Source: Ramazzottius varieornatus
Lineage: Eukaryota; Animalia; Tardigrada
Assembly: GCA_001949185.1 (NCBI GenBank)
Contig: BDGG01000006.1
Coordinates: 1,160,827-1,224,826 of the forward strand
Direction: 5' to 3'
DNA length: 64,000 bases
Under the pieces are notes generated by a model that saw only the letters and a list, made by a program, of their open reading frames with translations, searched no databases and was not told the DNA's origin. Of the stretch, positions 22,531 through 36,028 are shown piece by piece. Both the position numbers and the translations under genes were made by a program. Position 1 is the first letter of the stretch; each line of letters begins with the position of its first letter.

Positions 22531-24603
22531 CTAAACGTCGTTCTGGCCGTCTGGTTTTTTGTTATTTCTTGCTTGGTTGGTCCATTGCTCGATGATCTTT
22601 AGATCGGCTGCATATCCCGAAGGAACAAAGCTATCCATGACGCGGTGGAAATCGACCGCTCGGATCAATGGAATCTACGACGAGGAAAATTCGTTTCGTC
22701 TTCGGCAAACGAAGCTGAATGTGCTATCGATATTGGGGCCGACTAACCTCTGATTTCTTTAGTCGCGGAATACGTTGTGGGTCGATGGTTCCAAGCGGGA
22801 GCCATGCAGCGTTCCTGGCCACCACGCCCAAATCACTGGCCGAATACTGATGGCAGCTTTCAGCAATCATCCGGATGTCTTCTTGAGTCAGCCCGTGCTT
22901 GACTTCCTTCAGGATCTTCTGTAGCAGTTTCTCTCGAGCTGTGTAGTCAGGAGGGCCGAGGAATATTCTCAAGTCGAAGCGCCGTAAGGCGGCCGTGTCG
23001 ATGCTCTGTGGAAGGTTCGTAGCACCGAGGACCATCACTCGATCGTCCATTCCACAGAGCAGACCATCGAAATGGGTAAGAAACTCGTTTTTAAAACGTC
23101 TGGAATCATCGCGGTCGGAAGAAAGTCTCTGAGACAATACCGCATCAATTTCGTCTGAATGGAAAAAACCCACTGTGAAAGAAACTGCACTTCCAAAAAT
23201 TTCGATTGCGATTAGTCTACTTACCAATGAAAATTATGCAGGGCTGAATGTGCTTGGCGCAGGCGAACATTATTTTTATCAGCTTCTCGCTGTCTCCAAC
23301 CTATAAAACAAATCCATTCGTCGGAATGGACTGCGTTTGCCTGCGCGTGATCACAAAGCTTACCCATTTTGAGACCAACAATGACGCAGTCAGGTTCATG
23401 AAATTGTAGTTCGTCTGAGTTGCACACGCTTTCGCAAGTAAAGTTTTCCCGTTGCCAGTTGGTCCGAAGAGAAGGACTCCGCGTGGTGGCCGAAGAAACT
23501 TTTGTCCGTTGAAAAGCTACAATAGAAAAGAGTCAAGTGGGGTGGCAGATGAATCAGACAAGACAGTTCGTAGTAAATTTGGATGGATAAGTTTGTTGGA
23601 TAAGAAACACATCAAAAAGTTCAAGGTTTGTCGAGTAAATTTTCGGTCTTTTTGCCGTCATAAATCAAAAAAAAACTTCACAAATTAGGTTATCCAAATA
23701 TTACTGGATTAATATTGGACAAGAGCCTTTACTTACGTTGGGGTTCAAAGCCGGATACACTACCCGTTCTCGCAACAACCTGACCGCTTGTTCTTGGCCC
23801 ACCACATCATCAAAGCTAACTCCAGGTGGTGTATCCAATATCGAGCTCAAAACAACATCAACAAGATTGGGCTCAACATGTAGCTCTTTGACCAACTTGG
23901 CCTTCAGCTGAATCCGATTGATCCTCCGATACGTCGCAGGACTTCTCGGCGGAAGCGGGAAACCATTATCCGACGGCACTTCTTTCACCTTCTGACTCTT
24001 GTTCGATCTCTTGGGAAGCTGTGTGGATGACCCAGCAGCCACCACAGGTTGCGGCGGCGGCGGTGGAGGAGGAGGTATCACAGTTGATTTCGACGACGAA
24101 GGCTTGTCATCCACCGATCTCGACGACCCCGAACTGTAGCCGGAATTGGTCGATGTTGTACTGGTTGATCCTTTCAGAGCTGTTATTTTCGTGCTGGTTT
24201 GAGCTAGAGGAATCGGCTGAGGCTTCGGCTTGGTGGGTGACCGGTGAGGTGCTGAATTTGACGAACCCGCGCGAGCCAGAACGAGATTACTTTTAGAGGA
24301 TAGATGTGACTTGCTTTTGACAGGTTGACGATGATCGTCCTCCTCGTCATCGCTGGTGTGACAAGTACAAGCATGTTTTGATGAAGACGAATGAACGTGT
24401 GAATGATCGGGACTGTGGTTGCGTTTGCGGGATGTGACAGGAGGAAGTTTCCATGTGGCCGATGCAGTCTTCTTGGGAAATAGCACCGATGACGCTGAAG
24501 AATATGCTGCGTTAAACTTTTTGTTCGGAGAGGTCATACGAGGCTTCTCCCGAGGATAATGAAACAAGCTTCGCGAATCGCTCAGATCGTTCAGGCGGGA
24601 CAT
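22531..24603 (-). CDS. Meiotic-clade microtubule-severing AAA+ ATPase (spastin/fidgetin-like)
   Basis: Exons approx 24603-23736, 23516-23364, 23300-23225, 23154-22749, 22674-22531. VSFDDVVGQ, Walker A GPTGNGKT, pore loop SKW|VG, Walker B IIFIDEID, SRRFKNEFL, ATNLPQSIDTAALRRF. Long Ser/Pro-rich N-terminus; start codon uncertain. Confidence 0.9.
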
Positions 24604-24979
24604 GGTCTGTTTCGTAAAGTCCCACAAACGGTGCAGTAATGTCAATGAGTTGAGATGTGAGGAGTACGTATTAAATTAGATTTGTATGGGCGTGTCGAAC
24701 AGCGAACAACAACCAAGATGTCAAAGTTGTCATTCAAGTAAGGAGTACGATCATAGAGGAAAGCATTCGAGCAACTTCGAAGGGGTGATCTTGACATAGT
24801 TAGCACCGAATAGGACGGAGAAAGCAAGGTCAAACCGGAAAGAGGAAGGGAAATATGACGGTTACCATGAAAGCGCTGTACCGAAGTCCGCGATGATGTA
24901 CAGTAATTCATTAACCAACCAACTTCGCGTCAGGTCCACGAAATCGGACTCCACCCTCCAACAATTAAAACCTCGACGA

Positions 24980-25114
24980 GATCGTATTACCGGGTGGCGC
25001 ACAGTTCCAGTGTCATTGGCCGAAAGGCTGCGCCACTTGGAAAAGCGATCTTGCAGAGTCCCATTAAAGTGACGCACCCTTCCGGTATTATGAGCTTGAG
25101 AAGAGCGCCACTTG
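24980..25114. repeat. Two copies of the AAGTGGCGCAC...GTGCGCCACTT palindromic repeat family
   Basis: GATCG..GTGGCGCAC-loop-TGCGCCACTTGGAAAAGCGATC plus a second degenerate unit. Confidence 0.8.
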
Positions 25115-25487
25115 AAAAGAACAAATCTTGTCGAGTTGGCTGTTCAAAGTTTTAATCTGACCTGTCTGTCTTTCAGTTTATTCGGTAAAGGCCATCGCCT
25201 TCCGTGTTTACAGTTTGTACACGGAAAAAGATATCGTATGTAAAAATGACACCGTGAAATAAAAATTGAAAAATATCGGCGCTAAGTTGAACCATTACAC
25301 TCTTCTTCTTCCTGTGCGAAATAACTGTCTTCGCAGTCGAAAAACAAACTCATAAGGCCTTTGAACAGCAAAGCGTGCCACATAATCTCAATCGTCGCGT
25401 AAAACACTAACGGAATAAAAATACCAAGGATGAAACATGCGGAAGTCGAGTAAAATAACCTAAACGCTAACAATGCAGTCAAAAATT

Positions 25488-28400
25488 TCACGAGTAAGAA
25501 TTGGAAGGTTCTTGCTTGATATCGTATCCATACATGCCATCGGCAGAAGAAGGGCGGGCCACGGCGTTGTTCCACTGGCTGGGGGGTGCACCATAGTTTC
25601 CATGCAGATAGTCAGGCTGCATCATGTTGCCGTCGGCGTTACTGCCACCCGGTGTCAGCAGCAACCCACGCTGCAGCTCTTCTTCGTGAACCTCGGCGGC
25701 GATGGAACGTAGGTCGCGAGAAGGATACTGCAGCAGACGGGAAATAAAGCCGTCGGGAGGCAGAGTGGGGAACAGCTGGGAGAAGAAGAGCATACCGGTG
25801 CACTTCAGGCTGATGCTTCGAAGCGAAGGAAGGCGGAGCAGCAGCTTGGCGAAACGGGAAACGTCCCCTTGGTGCATCTGGTGGCAGTGTTCCTCCAAGC
25901 CAGAGTAAAGCTTCTCCCGACAGGCTTCGATGCGATCGGCGTTGCTTAAACCTTTCGCATCTAGAAGGAAAAAGTCAACTGTCCAATCTGGCCAAACATT
26001 TGTCAGCGATTGTGATACAATCAAACTCGACAGGACTGTCTTCCCAATTGACGCACGTTTCAGTGCTATCGGCTGAAAAAGTGCGCCAGTTGAGATCGCT
26101 ATCTCAAGTGGCGCAGTTGTCTAACTTTTAAGGGCTAGAAGCGTGTGCCACTCGAGATGATTGTCCCAAGTAGCGCACGTTTTCAGTGATATCAGCTGGA
26201 ACAGTGCGCAACTTGCGGAAGTAAACTTATCAAGCATCAAGCAGCGAACCTAACCGAAGTCTGTCATTACCTGGGTTAAAGAGGATGATTCCTCGAAGAC
26301 AAGCGAGTTCGAAGCTGTCGATTCCGAGCTCGGCCATTTTCTGAATCAGTTCTTGGGACATTCGCTCCACCAGACCAGTCAATCCAAAAAGCGAAGCCTG
26401 GGTGGGACTGATGCACATTCCAGAGGAGAGGATCAAGCCATGCTTCTCACCGGCAAACATGGCTCGAGCACCCATTGCTGATAAGTGCAGCTCATTCCAT
26501 CCTGCAAAAAATTCAATGTTTCCGTTGAAGTTTATCGTTTCAAGTTTTGCTTCTGGAGAGACCTACCGCATTTGACCAACGCTACTTGATCCTCAAGGGG
26601 CATTTCTCCAATCAGCGGGCATCTTCGAATGTACTGTATAGCCAGGTATAATTCCTTCTCGCAAATTTCGACCAGTTGACGGTTGATGTCCGGCTGAGAA
26701 AGCATACCGTGACCAAATTCCAGCGGTCGAACCTGGAGAAAACCACCACAAAACGTGGTAAGCAAAGGATCGAACCCCTGACCTTATACTCCGTAAACGT
26801 GCATAGGCACGCTACACCGCTTGCACATCACATGACGTAGCAAATCTGACAACTTGATTGTCTGATCACAGCAGAACTACCGTATCAGACAATCAATTGA
26901 GGTTGCTTAGACTTTACCTGCATCTCATGTGGATTTGTGAGGAATGGACCCAGCATGACACTGTCCGCTTCTTTGAGTCTGGTCAAGGAGAACTCAAAGT
27001 TGCCAATGTTGATCCCGGGAAAGCCAGGCGAGACCAAGGCGGGTGTGACGGAGCCAGATGCGTGGGTGGTGGTGGAGACTTGCTGGTAGCCGAACTGCGA
27101 TGAGGAAGCGCCAGTGCTAGACTCGGCTTCCATCTCGCCTCCATTGGAACTGTTGGAGCGGGAGACGGTGCCAGCACCATGCTTGTGGCGGTTCTCCTTG
27201 GCTCGCATCCGCTCTTCTTGAACAGCTGAAAGGACAACTACATCGATAAGAGTTGTAGACTGTTCTGAACGTACTATGAACAAGAAAGAAGGCTATGAAC
27301 TTGGCAAATTCAGTCTCACCTTCCCGTCGCATGCCCATCTGCAGGCATTTTTGGTAGCGACAATACTGACAACGGTTCCTCTGACGTTTATCAACGATAC
27401 AGTTCCGGTCTTCCCGACAAGCGTAGGTTAGGTCCTTCCGTACTGTTCGCTTGAAGAAGCCTTTGCATCCTTCGCAACTGCAGCGAAAGGAAATCGTTAT
27501 AGAATGAGTTGATTGACGTTCAAAATTGATCTGATCGTCAGAGAAACTTCCTTGTTCAACGATGAAGCCTCCGCCTACTGAAGTTAAAGGCCGCAGTCTG
27601 CCTCATAGGCAAAAGTCATACATGTTGGATACGGAGTATGCGTATCGGTTATTGCGTTGGGTTGAAAGTTCGTGGTCAGACGGACATTGGATATCTCCCA
27701 AAGTTTCGCATGAACGGGCGATATATGTTATCATAGCATGTGTAATCGTAGTAATGGTTGTGTACCAGGGACAGGAGAGATTTTCCGCCGCGATGGCAAC
27801 TTGTCAAGCAGCTTTTGAAGTGCAAACAAGCCCGCACCCTCATTTAGCTTCCAGTTTGAACAGCAACTCGAAACCACCGCTCTCGAACAAGACAAACCAC
27901 AGAAAAAACTCTACACAAGACATGCATGCCAGGTTCAGAGACTAACAGACAAGACCCACAGGACAAGTCGACCTTCAAAATCTGCTTCAGCAAAAACACA
28001 CGAGCTGGCAACCCTGTGAGGAGGAAGCCACATCGTGATCAGACTGGTTATGCAACGTCCGTTCACAGTGCAAGGTCTGTATCGTCAATCAAGTCCTTCA
28101 CCGTTCCACAATCAACCACGAGCACATAACGACCGATGTACGTAGATACACAGAACAATGCACGACCATACACCCAGAGATGGCAGGTGCATGAGATAAC
28201 CGCACCGACTCCGCATCGTGAAGTAGTGCGCACACTGTAAAGCGTCAGGCACATACCTACAGGTCGTGTCCTAATCCGATTGTTACGCTGTACGCAGGTA
28301 ATCAACGTGATCATTCAAACTGCACGAGTTACGAAAACTTCTGCCAGAGGATTTCCAATGTGATCTCTGATCAGATTCTCACCTGAAAACACCGTAATGT

Positions 28401-28722
28401 TTTCCGGAGGCTCTGTCGCCACAAATACTGCAGAGATGCTTCGAAGAAGAAAGGGGATGATTTGGGGGATACAGAAGAGCGCTGTTGCTACCTGTGGCGC
28501 TGCCAGCAGGTGAGGGCGCTTGGATGGACGAAGAGGAGCTCTGCTGCATGGTGGGTGATTCCGAAGTCTCCATGGCGTTGTTACTGAAACCCGAAGGATA
28601 GGAGAATGTGGAGGAGGTAGCGAGGGGTATCTGGCTATCCTCGGCTTCGTCGTCCGACGAGGAGATGGGAGAAAGTGGGGGCGCCGTGTTACCTTTCTTC
28701 AGGGGAGAAGAAGACGCTCCAG
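25488..28722 (-). CDS. RXR: Retinoid X receptor / ultraspiracle (NR2B) nuclear receptor; 5' end uncertain
   Basis: [29 protein letters not shown]|[46 protein letters not shown]-box RE|AVQEER. LBD motifs [48 protein letters not shown]. Exons approx 28722-28383, 27477-27320, 27225-26918, 26731-26567, 26501-26270, 25960-25488. Confidence 0.95.
26041..26220. repeat. Three tandem units of the palindromic repeat family in the last RXR intron
   Basis: Three successive CAAGT(G/A)GCGCA...TGCGCCACTTG-like hairpin units. Confidence 0.85.
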
Positions 28723-29256
28723 CTTTGAAATTCATCAGGACAATCCAATCATGTCGCTTAAAGGGAACAGAGCTCCTTATTATTACGCTCTTAGTCAATC
28801 GATCGATAAACCGTAGGTGAGAAAGATGGCCTCCGTCAGAGAGCGAGACTATAGTACAACACAGTCATTTGGCATGGTTGCATTAGTAAATCAGGTTTCG
28901 GGCTTTGAGCTTACCTATAGCCGTGCTGCTGAATACAGAAATCAGGGTCGCGACGATGATGATGATGCTGAGCGTCCTCGTGATGAGCTACCTAGCTAGA
29001 TCGGACGAACGAACAACACAGTTTCAAGCTGCAGCTGCAGAGATTTACTCTCGATCACCACAGACACAATCGCCTACGGAAACCAGTTCAGTGGGTCGCA
29101 TATGTTATGCTCTATCAGTCGTTAGCTGCAGCAAGCTAGCCTTTCCATCCGATGTACGCCACAATCATAAACAAACTTTGCCATCGGAGGAAGCGTCTAT
29201 GCAGAGGCCAGAGAGAGAGAGAACCGTGCAATGCTGCAAGCAGCAAAAATATTACC

Positions 29257-29457
29257 TAAAGTACCGATTCAGTGGGACAGGATTGGGTCTGGGTCCGTGA
29301 ATAAAGACTCGCCGGATCGTAGGTGATATATCTGGTGGCCGTGTGTAACGATCAGCTGAGCGGTATGACATCACACATAACAGTAGATTCTACTTCTTCC
29401 GGCCAGTCTTTTTATACGGACCCGGACCCAGTCCTGTCCCACTCAATCGGTACTATA
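29257..29457. mobile_element. MITE between the RFX 3' end and the RXR 5' end
   Basis: AGTACCGATTCAGTGGGACAGGATTGGGTCTGGGTCCGT / ACGGACCCGGACCCAGTCCTGTCCCACTCAATCGGTACT inverted arms; TA at the outer flanks. Confidence 0.8.
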
Positions 29458-29965
29458 AAGTAAAATGAAAATATTTCTCACTTCCGTTTCCGATCAAAGC
29501 AGCAAATCAACTGGCCGTGGTCGGCAGATTTCTCCTCGGCTTTCTTGCCCTGTCTGTTCTGTCAACCGTGATCCATCCAAAAACCCGCTTTCCGAAAAGC
29601 TCGTGTCTAATTCGTTCATATGGGCGTGACTTGTGGTCACTCAGCGAATTACATTGACATTCCGCAATCCACTGCGGGCATTTTTCTATGGTTAGTATAG
29701 GCTTACCGAAGAAGGCAGCACCTCCGTGGTCTTCGCGCTACAAATTACTCGTGTCACCATTCGAAAGTGTTGTCCGAGGACAGCATGCAGTAAAGCCTGG
29801 ACTTATGGCAGAATCCATGAGGACAGGGGAACACAGAAACATACTCTGAAAATGGTAAAATAACCAGGCGACATCCAATCTGGTCTCAAAGATGAGCACA
29901 AGCGTCGAAGTAGTCGTTGAAGAAAGGTACGTAATATCAAAAAATTTGAGAATTGTAATTCATGG

Positions 29966-32900
29966 TCACAGTTTAATGCGCGGTGCCACCGTGCGACGTG
30001 GTCCTCGCTTGGTGGCCCGTAATGCTGCACGGTTGGAAAGACTGGGTAGTTCAGGTTCGGCCGGGAGACTTTCCGGCACCGGGATGTGCTGTTCTTCGAG
30101 TGGTTCTTCCACAGGCTCCTGTGAATCCTCGCTGACTGACGATACCGGCATGATCGAGATGACGGGTGGAGAGGTGGCGGGTACTTGCCGAACAGTTGGG
30201 CAGTTGATAATAACCGAGACCTTCTTCCGGGATCGGGGAGAGTGCAGTGAGGTTAAGTGGGCCTCGACAGCCGTCAGGTCGGTGCGAATGAGAGAGGCCA
30301 CCTCGGGGACGCTGCTGAAGAAATCGACAGAGTTGCTATCGACCAGGGGGATGGGAATGCCGCATTGGATGTAGTGCTCCAGGGTGTAATCACAGAAACT
30401 GGTGGTGTTGCGCACCAAGGCTATCACACTGTGCGACACAGCCTACCAAAAGAGAAGAACACAGGAGTTTTGATTGAATTTGCGGCCACAGCAGACTGAG
30501 AGAAAATCAAGGTATTTAAAAATACTGCTGTCGGCAAATGAATTCACCAAGCTCGTTGTCTCAAGTGGCGCACTCCCTCGGGCAGGAACTATGAGAACGT
30601 GCGCCACTCAAGACAACGATTTGGGTGCAATCATTTGCGGACATCCCATGATGGACCTATATAATGGAGACGCATACTCGCTGCTCAACTGTAGAAAAAT
30701 GGAAATTTGGCTGCAGAGTCTTCCAAAAAAAGGAACTCATGCACGGAAAACTTGTATTGATACAGCGCCAAACGTGAAGATCACTGAGAGGCAACACGAC
30801 GTCGCTATCGGTTACAAAGAAATGTGGGGAAAAAGTTTTGTCCATTGAATTCAAGGTTGGTTCGTTCACCGATAAAAAAGTATTTCGAAAAAGCACCTAC
30901 CGCCGCGTTGAGGGCAATGAGGCTCTTGCCATGCAGACGCGCCTTCTCAGTGTCCACCGCGAAAGCGACAGAGTCACGAATGAACCGTATGATACCGTAG
31001 GAAGGTCCGCTGCTAACACAACCGGGGAACCTCACGGCTGCTTCCAGTTCCAACCTGCGGCAAAGTACAAAAATACATCAATTCAGCCTATCAACTTGGC
31101 GGACGTGGGCAGATGAGCTGAACATGATTGCTGTCTCAAGTGGCGACGTTTTCATTGCCATGGTCTAAAAGAGTGCGCCACTTTGGAAAAGTAGTCGTGC
31201 CAACCTCCCAAGTGGCGCATGTATCCAGTGTTGTTAACTGGACGTGTGTGCTACTCGGGAAAGCGATCCGGTTGAACCCAGTTGTTCAAGTCCTAATTAT
31301 TACTGAGTGGAAGCAATGAAAGGAGGGGGCTGGACGACTTACATAAGGCGACCCCAAGCCATGCTGAAGCCATCCAAGCTGTGTATCCTCCAGGCCAGGA
31401 GTTGTTCAGGTTGGATGGTGTCGGACGGCGCGTTAAGTTCCACGTTGTCTGACCGCTGCTGAAGGGATTCGGTCAACCATGCATCCCATGATTCCGCCAT
31501 GTTGCGCCCGTCCGGAAGAGCTCGCAGTTTGGAAATGCAGGCTTGGGCGTAGGCGCGATCTTCATGTGCAATATTGGCTGTCATCAACTAGGAATATTAG
31601 AAACAGTGCAAAAATCATCGCCGATGTTTTCCCACCAAACTTTCACAAATCTTCCCAATAAATCGAGCATTCGCATAAATTTATTTTGAGAGAGCAAGTT
31701 CTGTTGGTGTTTCTCTTCTCTGTCAGCCGCTACCAATTTGCTACGTAGTTTTACCGTTATTTATGCTAGATAAAATCAAATCAACCAAAAAGATTGCACT
31801 GTGGCATTCTGATCAGTTCGTATTTTTGTGTTTTGGAAAGTTATTGGTGTTTTCTTACACAGCCGTTGATGGTCAGACTTTCCAGCGCGGCTATTAGCGG
31901 AGGCCGACTGGACTTTTGACGTTCCAGTAAAGACATGTTCTCCACATTCGCGCTCAGGTCCAGCACTGTTTCGATCACCCGACAAAATCCGAAAACACTC
32001 GATATCTAAACCACATAAGCCACTGTCACACACCAGAATTCAGGAGACAAAGTCCGACATTTAATTGAGAAGGTATATAAGGAAGCTGATACCAGAGCAT
32101 CACGTGCGCCATCGGGAAGACTTTCCGTAGCGGAGACCATCCACATGTCAAATTTGGAGGCCAAATCCCGCAAAACCGCTCTGAGGTGATCTATCAAAAA
32201 ATGAAAATTCGTCAAGAAATTGATTTGAATAGAAAACAATAGACCGATGAAGGTTTCTTACCGGAAATACTAGCGTACTTGGCCGGCAGTAAAAACTGAT
32301 AGACATTCTCTAAAAGGTGCGTCATGGTCCGACGAATGAACTCCTGCACATGTGCGCTATGCAAGATCGCGTAGAACTTGACCAGATCATCTTCTGGCGG
32401 TATTTGTAGACTACGAACAATATCATCAGTCCGAAAGAGTTTGTCCACATTTTTTCCACAGTAGGTTCTACGATGCCCATAAAGGCCGAAAGTCCCAAAA
32501 ATTTTACCTCGGTTCTCGAAGTTTCCAAAAGTTGTTTATGATTCCAGGTATACAGTGTAGGTTCAGTCGTGTCATCAGCGCGCTTAACATCTGTAAAAAG
32601 AAGAAGAAACATTAGCCAAGCTGACTTCCGGTAATTCCGGATATGAAGGTGTCAGACAAAAGGTCGCTAATCAGTAAGCACCTGCATACACTGGTATAAC
32701 TGTTACACCATGGATTTCTGTATGCAGGTGGCTGAAGTTCCTTCCTCTGCATTTCTTACCCCAATGTGGATGCGAAAAAAGGACAGAAACCGAATCAGAT
32801 CTTTCACAGAGATTTTCTCGCTGACAATCTCCTCGAACGGCACTGACATTCTCCAGTTATTCTCGTCGGCCAGGCTGGGAGGAATGACGCGGACATCTTC

Positions 32901-35900
32901 GAGGGCTTCATTCATCTCGCCCAGGCAATTGGCAGCGAGCTGTTGGATGTTCCGTCGGGAGCGTTCTTCGTCTGACAGACCTGACGTGACGAAGTCCAGC
33001 TCGACAGCTTCCAACTTCTTTTGGTTCTTGGCCCATACTTTGGCCGTGGCGAGGTTGACAACGGAAGACTCTTCAACGACGGAAGCATCGTCTTGGGAAA
33101 CTTTAAAGCCATCTGCCCACGAAGACCTGTAGATAAACGTCCAAAATGTAAAAGAGGCGCAAACCAAGGAACCAGTTACGCAAATCTATCCACAAACTAT
33201 TCAGCTTAACGGTGATCTTCCAGCTAAAGTTTTTGTTGAAATCTTAAAAAAAACTCTTCAAGATCGTACTCCAAGTGGCGCACGATCCGGGGCAATAACG
33301 CCGCAAATGTTCGCCACTCAGACAAGCGAATTGATAAGATCGTTTTCCTCAAGTGGTACACGCTTCCAGCGAGAAATATCGGAAAAGTGCACCATGTGGA
33401 AAAAGGATCCAAATTATCACCTAAGTGGCGCATGACGTCAGTCAGTAACACCGAGAGCGTGCGCCACTGGGAAAACAAACTCATTGTGTCTGCGGAGCTT
33501 CCACCTGGTTTCCCAGAATACTTACGACGAGGTTTTCTGTTTCTTGGTTTTCCGCCCAGTCTTCTGCGCATTACCAAGCGTCTGTCTCAATGACGCGAAC
33601 GGGCTGTTCTCGACAACTTGGAGGTTTACGTAGTGGTACTTGGATCCGCCACTAAATTGACAACACAAACAAGCCCTTCGCATCAAAGGTTATAAAGATA
33701 TTCTTCAAGAATATTCAGTCAGAGAACCTCCGCTAGGTTGGACTCACCGACGACCCAGTCTCCTCGTGGACAGCCCCTGGAAGACAGTGCGCACCACCTT
33801 GCCCACACAGGCCGCATTCATGGCTTCCCGCCCCGTCAACTGACAAAACTCCAAGTAGCGTTCGTAAAGGAACTCACGACGCATTATTTGGCCAGTCTGC
33901 TCTTCAAAGTTCTCCCTCAACCATGCCAACTACAAGCAGAAGAAGATGAACCCTAGTCACACTGGGAAGAACACAGTGGAGCAAAACTGAGCACCTGTGT
34001 ACATTAATCCGAGCAATGACGATACCAGTCGGGTATGCAGGTTGAACGAAGCAATCAGTTTCTCACATCCTCGCTCAGCTTCAGGTACTTGCATACGCGA
34101 CTGCTGTGGTAAATGTCCATGCCGAAGCATGCAGGCACGTGAAAGTGGACGCTATTTTGGGAAAACGATTGGTTTCTTCAAAGAAATTCGGTCTGAAAAG
34201 TTCACCGATTATAATGGATGACTTACTGTTTGCTTGTCGACACGACCTCCAAGAATCTCCACATTATTGCTCATCAAGTCTGTGTCCTGCGTTCCGGGTT
34301 TCCTCTTGATGATGGACCTCAGCCTGTTCTTCGCTCGGTACTTGGGCACAACTCCCAGCCCCACCTCGTTACTCAGACCCGGCACGACGTTGTCATCCGT
34401 AAACCGCACCGGTTCAGGCTCCTTGGGCTTCGGCCTTCTTCTCTCGGGCATGGGATACTTGATCTTGTTGGGCGTGGTGGCGACCCGCAGCTGGTTACTG
34501 GCACGTTTGCGGACCTTGGCTGGAACAGCTGTATCGTCCCTAGCCATGTTCTCATCTTTGTCCCTGACTTTTGTCGAAAACTTCTTGGATGATGGGTGTG
34601 GGGTAGATTGGAGGATAGTGCTGGGCTGAGCGTGAGAAGCGAGGACTTGGATGCTGGGTAAGGAGTGGCTGTGCTGGAGTTGAGAAGAGGGACCGCGCGG
34701 GTTTTGGTAGTTCTCATCCCTCTCTGCGGCTTCGAGTAAGGCGCGGAAGTCGTCGAGACCGTCGAGTGGATCGGCACCATAGGTGCGATCTTGTAGGGAA
34801 TTCTCATCCTGGTTAGATATCCTTGAAGAAAGAAAAATAAAAATTAGCCAACCAACCTTCATCCGTAGAAAAAACTGCATTTCGAAAAATCCACGGTCGG
34901 AATATCTCGATTTTTTATTCTGGGTTTTTTCTCTCGCACTGGTACCTCGGATAACTTTACGGTGGACTTACCCTAAACTGCTCTGGCTTTCGACCGACAT
35001 ATCGTTCTCTCCTAAAACCAAACAAAAACAATACTTTACAATTTGCACACACCGACAAGAAGTGGAAAACGGCAGAATGGACATGGAAGTTGTAGTGGTG
35101 TACTTCTGCTTACCGATTACAATGCTGTTTCCAAAAAGACTGGCGTAACTTTCGTCCACAGCATTGCTCAGACAGCTTTCATCCAGCTGAAGTGACTGTT
35201 CTTCCACTGAGAACATGCAGACAAATTTTTCGATAATAAACATCAGATTTTTGCTGTAACTCTCCCACGAAACAGACGATAGAAATTGTGAAGGGAACTT
35301 ATTAATATATTTACCGTAGGTAGTGTTTGCCGAGCTTGTGCCCTGTAGAACATGGTCCACTCCGTCGCCGACATTCGCTACGGGGCTCCATGAGTTCAAG
35401 TAGGTTATTCCCGCTGAACTATCTGCAAAAGAACACGAAAAATATCTGATGAGCCAATGACATCACCCTGACCAATCAATCCCGTGCATGGCCAATCAAC
35501 CATTGGCCTAACCCTTTCCTGGTCAGGACGCCTAAGTCGCAAGGCAACGACTCATGGCGAGCATCGCGCCGATGAACGCCGTACGGTTGCCCGGCGAAAA
35601 GGTAGGATGGATCATTATCGAGGTATCTACCAGTCGCATTACGAGGACTTACCGTCGATCTGGAAGTTGTTTGACAGGGCGGACGACTGTTGAGTACCAT
35701 GGACGGTATCCAAGTCCAGATACTCCAACTCGGCCCCGAAATGCAACTGATCATCGGTGCTGGCGTAACTGGAAGGTTCTCCCAAAGATTCTACGAAAGA
35801 GAAGGGAATGTTGGAACGAGGTGGAGTCAGGTGGGAATCTGAAAGAATGGGCGTACCGAAAAGGTGTCCACCATAGCTGAAGACGGCCGAATCACTGCTG

Positions 35901-36028
35901 TAATTGTGGAGTTGGGCGCCTGCAAGGAAAGGTCTTCTTGCCGTCATCGTATAGCTTTGAGGTCCCAGGTTTTGACTAACCATTGCCCCAGGGACCGTGA
36001 GGCAGTGCGACGTTGGGATCGCAGCCAT
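29966..36028 (-). CDS. RFX: RFX-family winged-helix transcription factor (multi-exon; 5' exons tentative)
   Basis: DBD across exons: QT|LAWLRENFEEQTGQIMRREFLYERYLEFCQLTGREAMNAACVGKVVRTVFQGLSTRRLGRR|GGSKYHY (33929-33748, ~33650-33620). Downstream helical exons (33125-32770, 32590-32262, 32190-32010, 31590-31342, 31055-30900) resemble the B/C/dimerisation regions. Last exon ends at 29966. Confidence 0.85.
30553..30619. repeat. Palindromic repeat family unit (RFX intron)
   Basis: TCGTTGTCTCAAGTGGCGCAC...GTGCGCCACTCAAGACAACGA. Confidence 0.85.
31130..31268. repeat. Two palindromic repeat family units (RFX intron)
   Basis: CAAGTGGCGAC...GTGCGCCACTTTGG and CCCAAGTGGCGCAT...GTGTGCTACTCGGG. Confidence 0.8.
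33261..33477. repeat. Three palindromic repeat family units (RFX intron)
   Basis: GATCGTACTCCAAGTGGCGCAC..., GATCGTTTTCCTCAAGTGGTACAC..., AAGTGGCGCAT...GTGCGCCACTGGGAAAAC. Confidence 0.85.
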
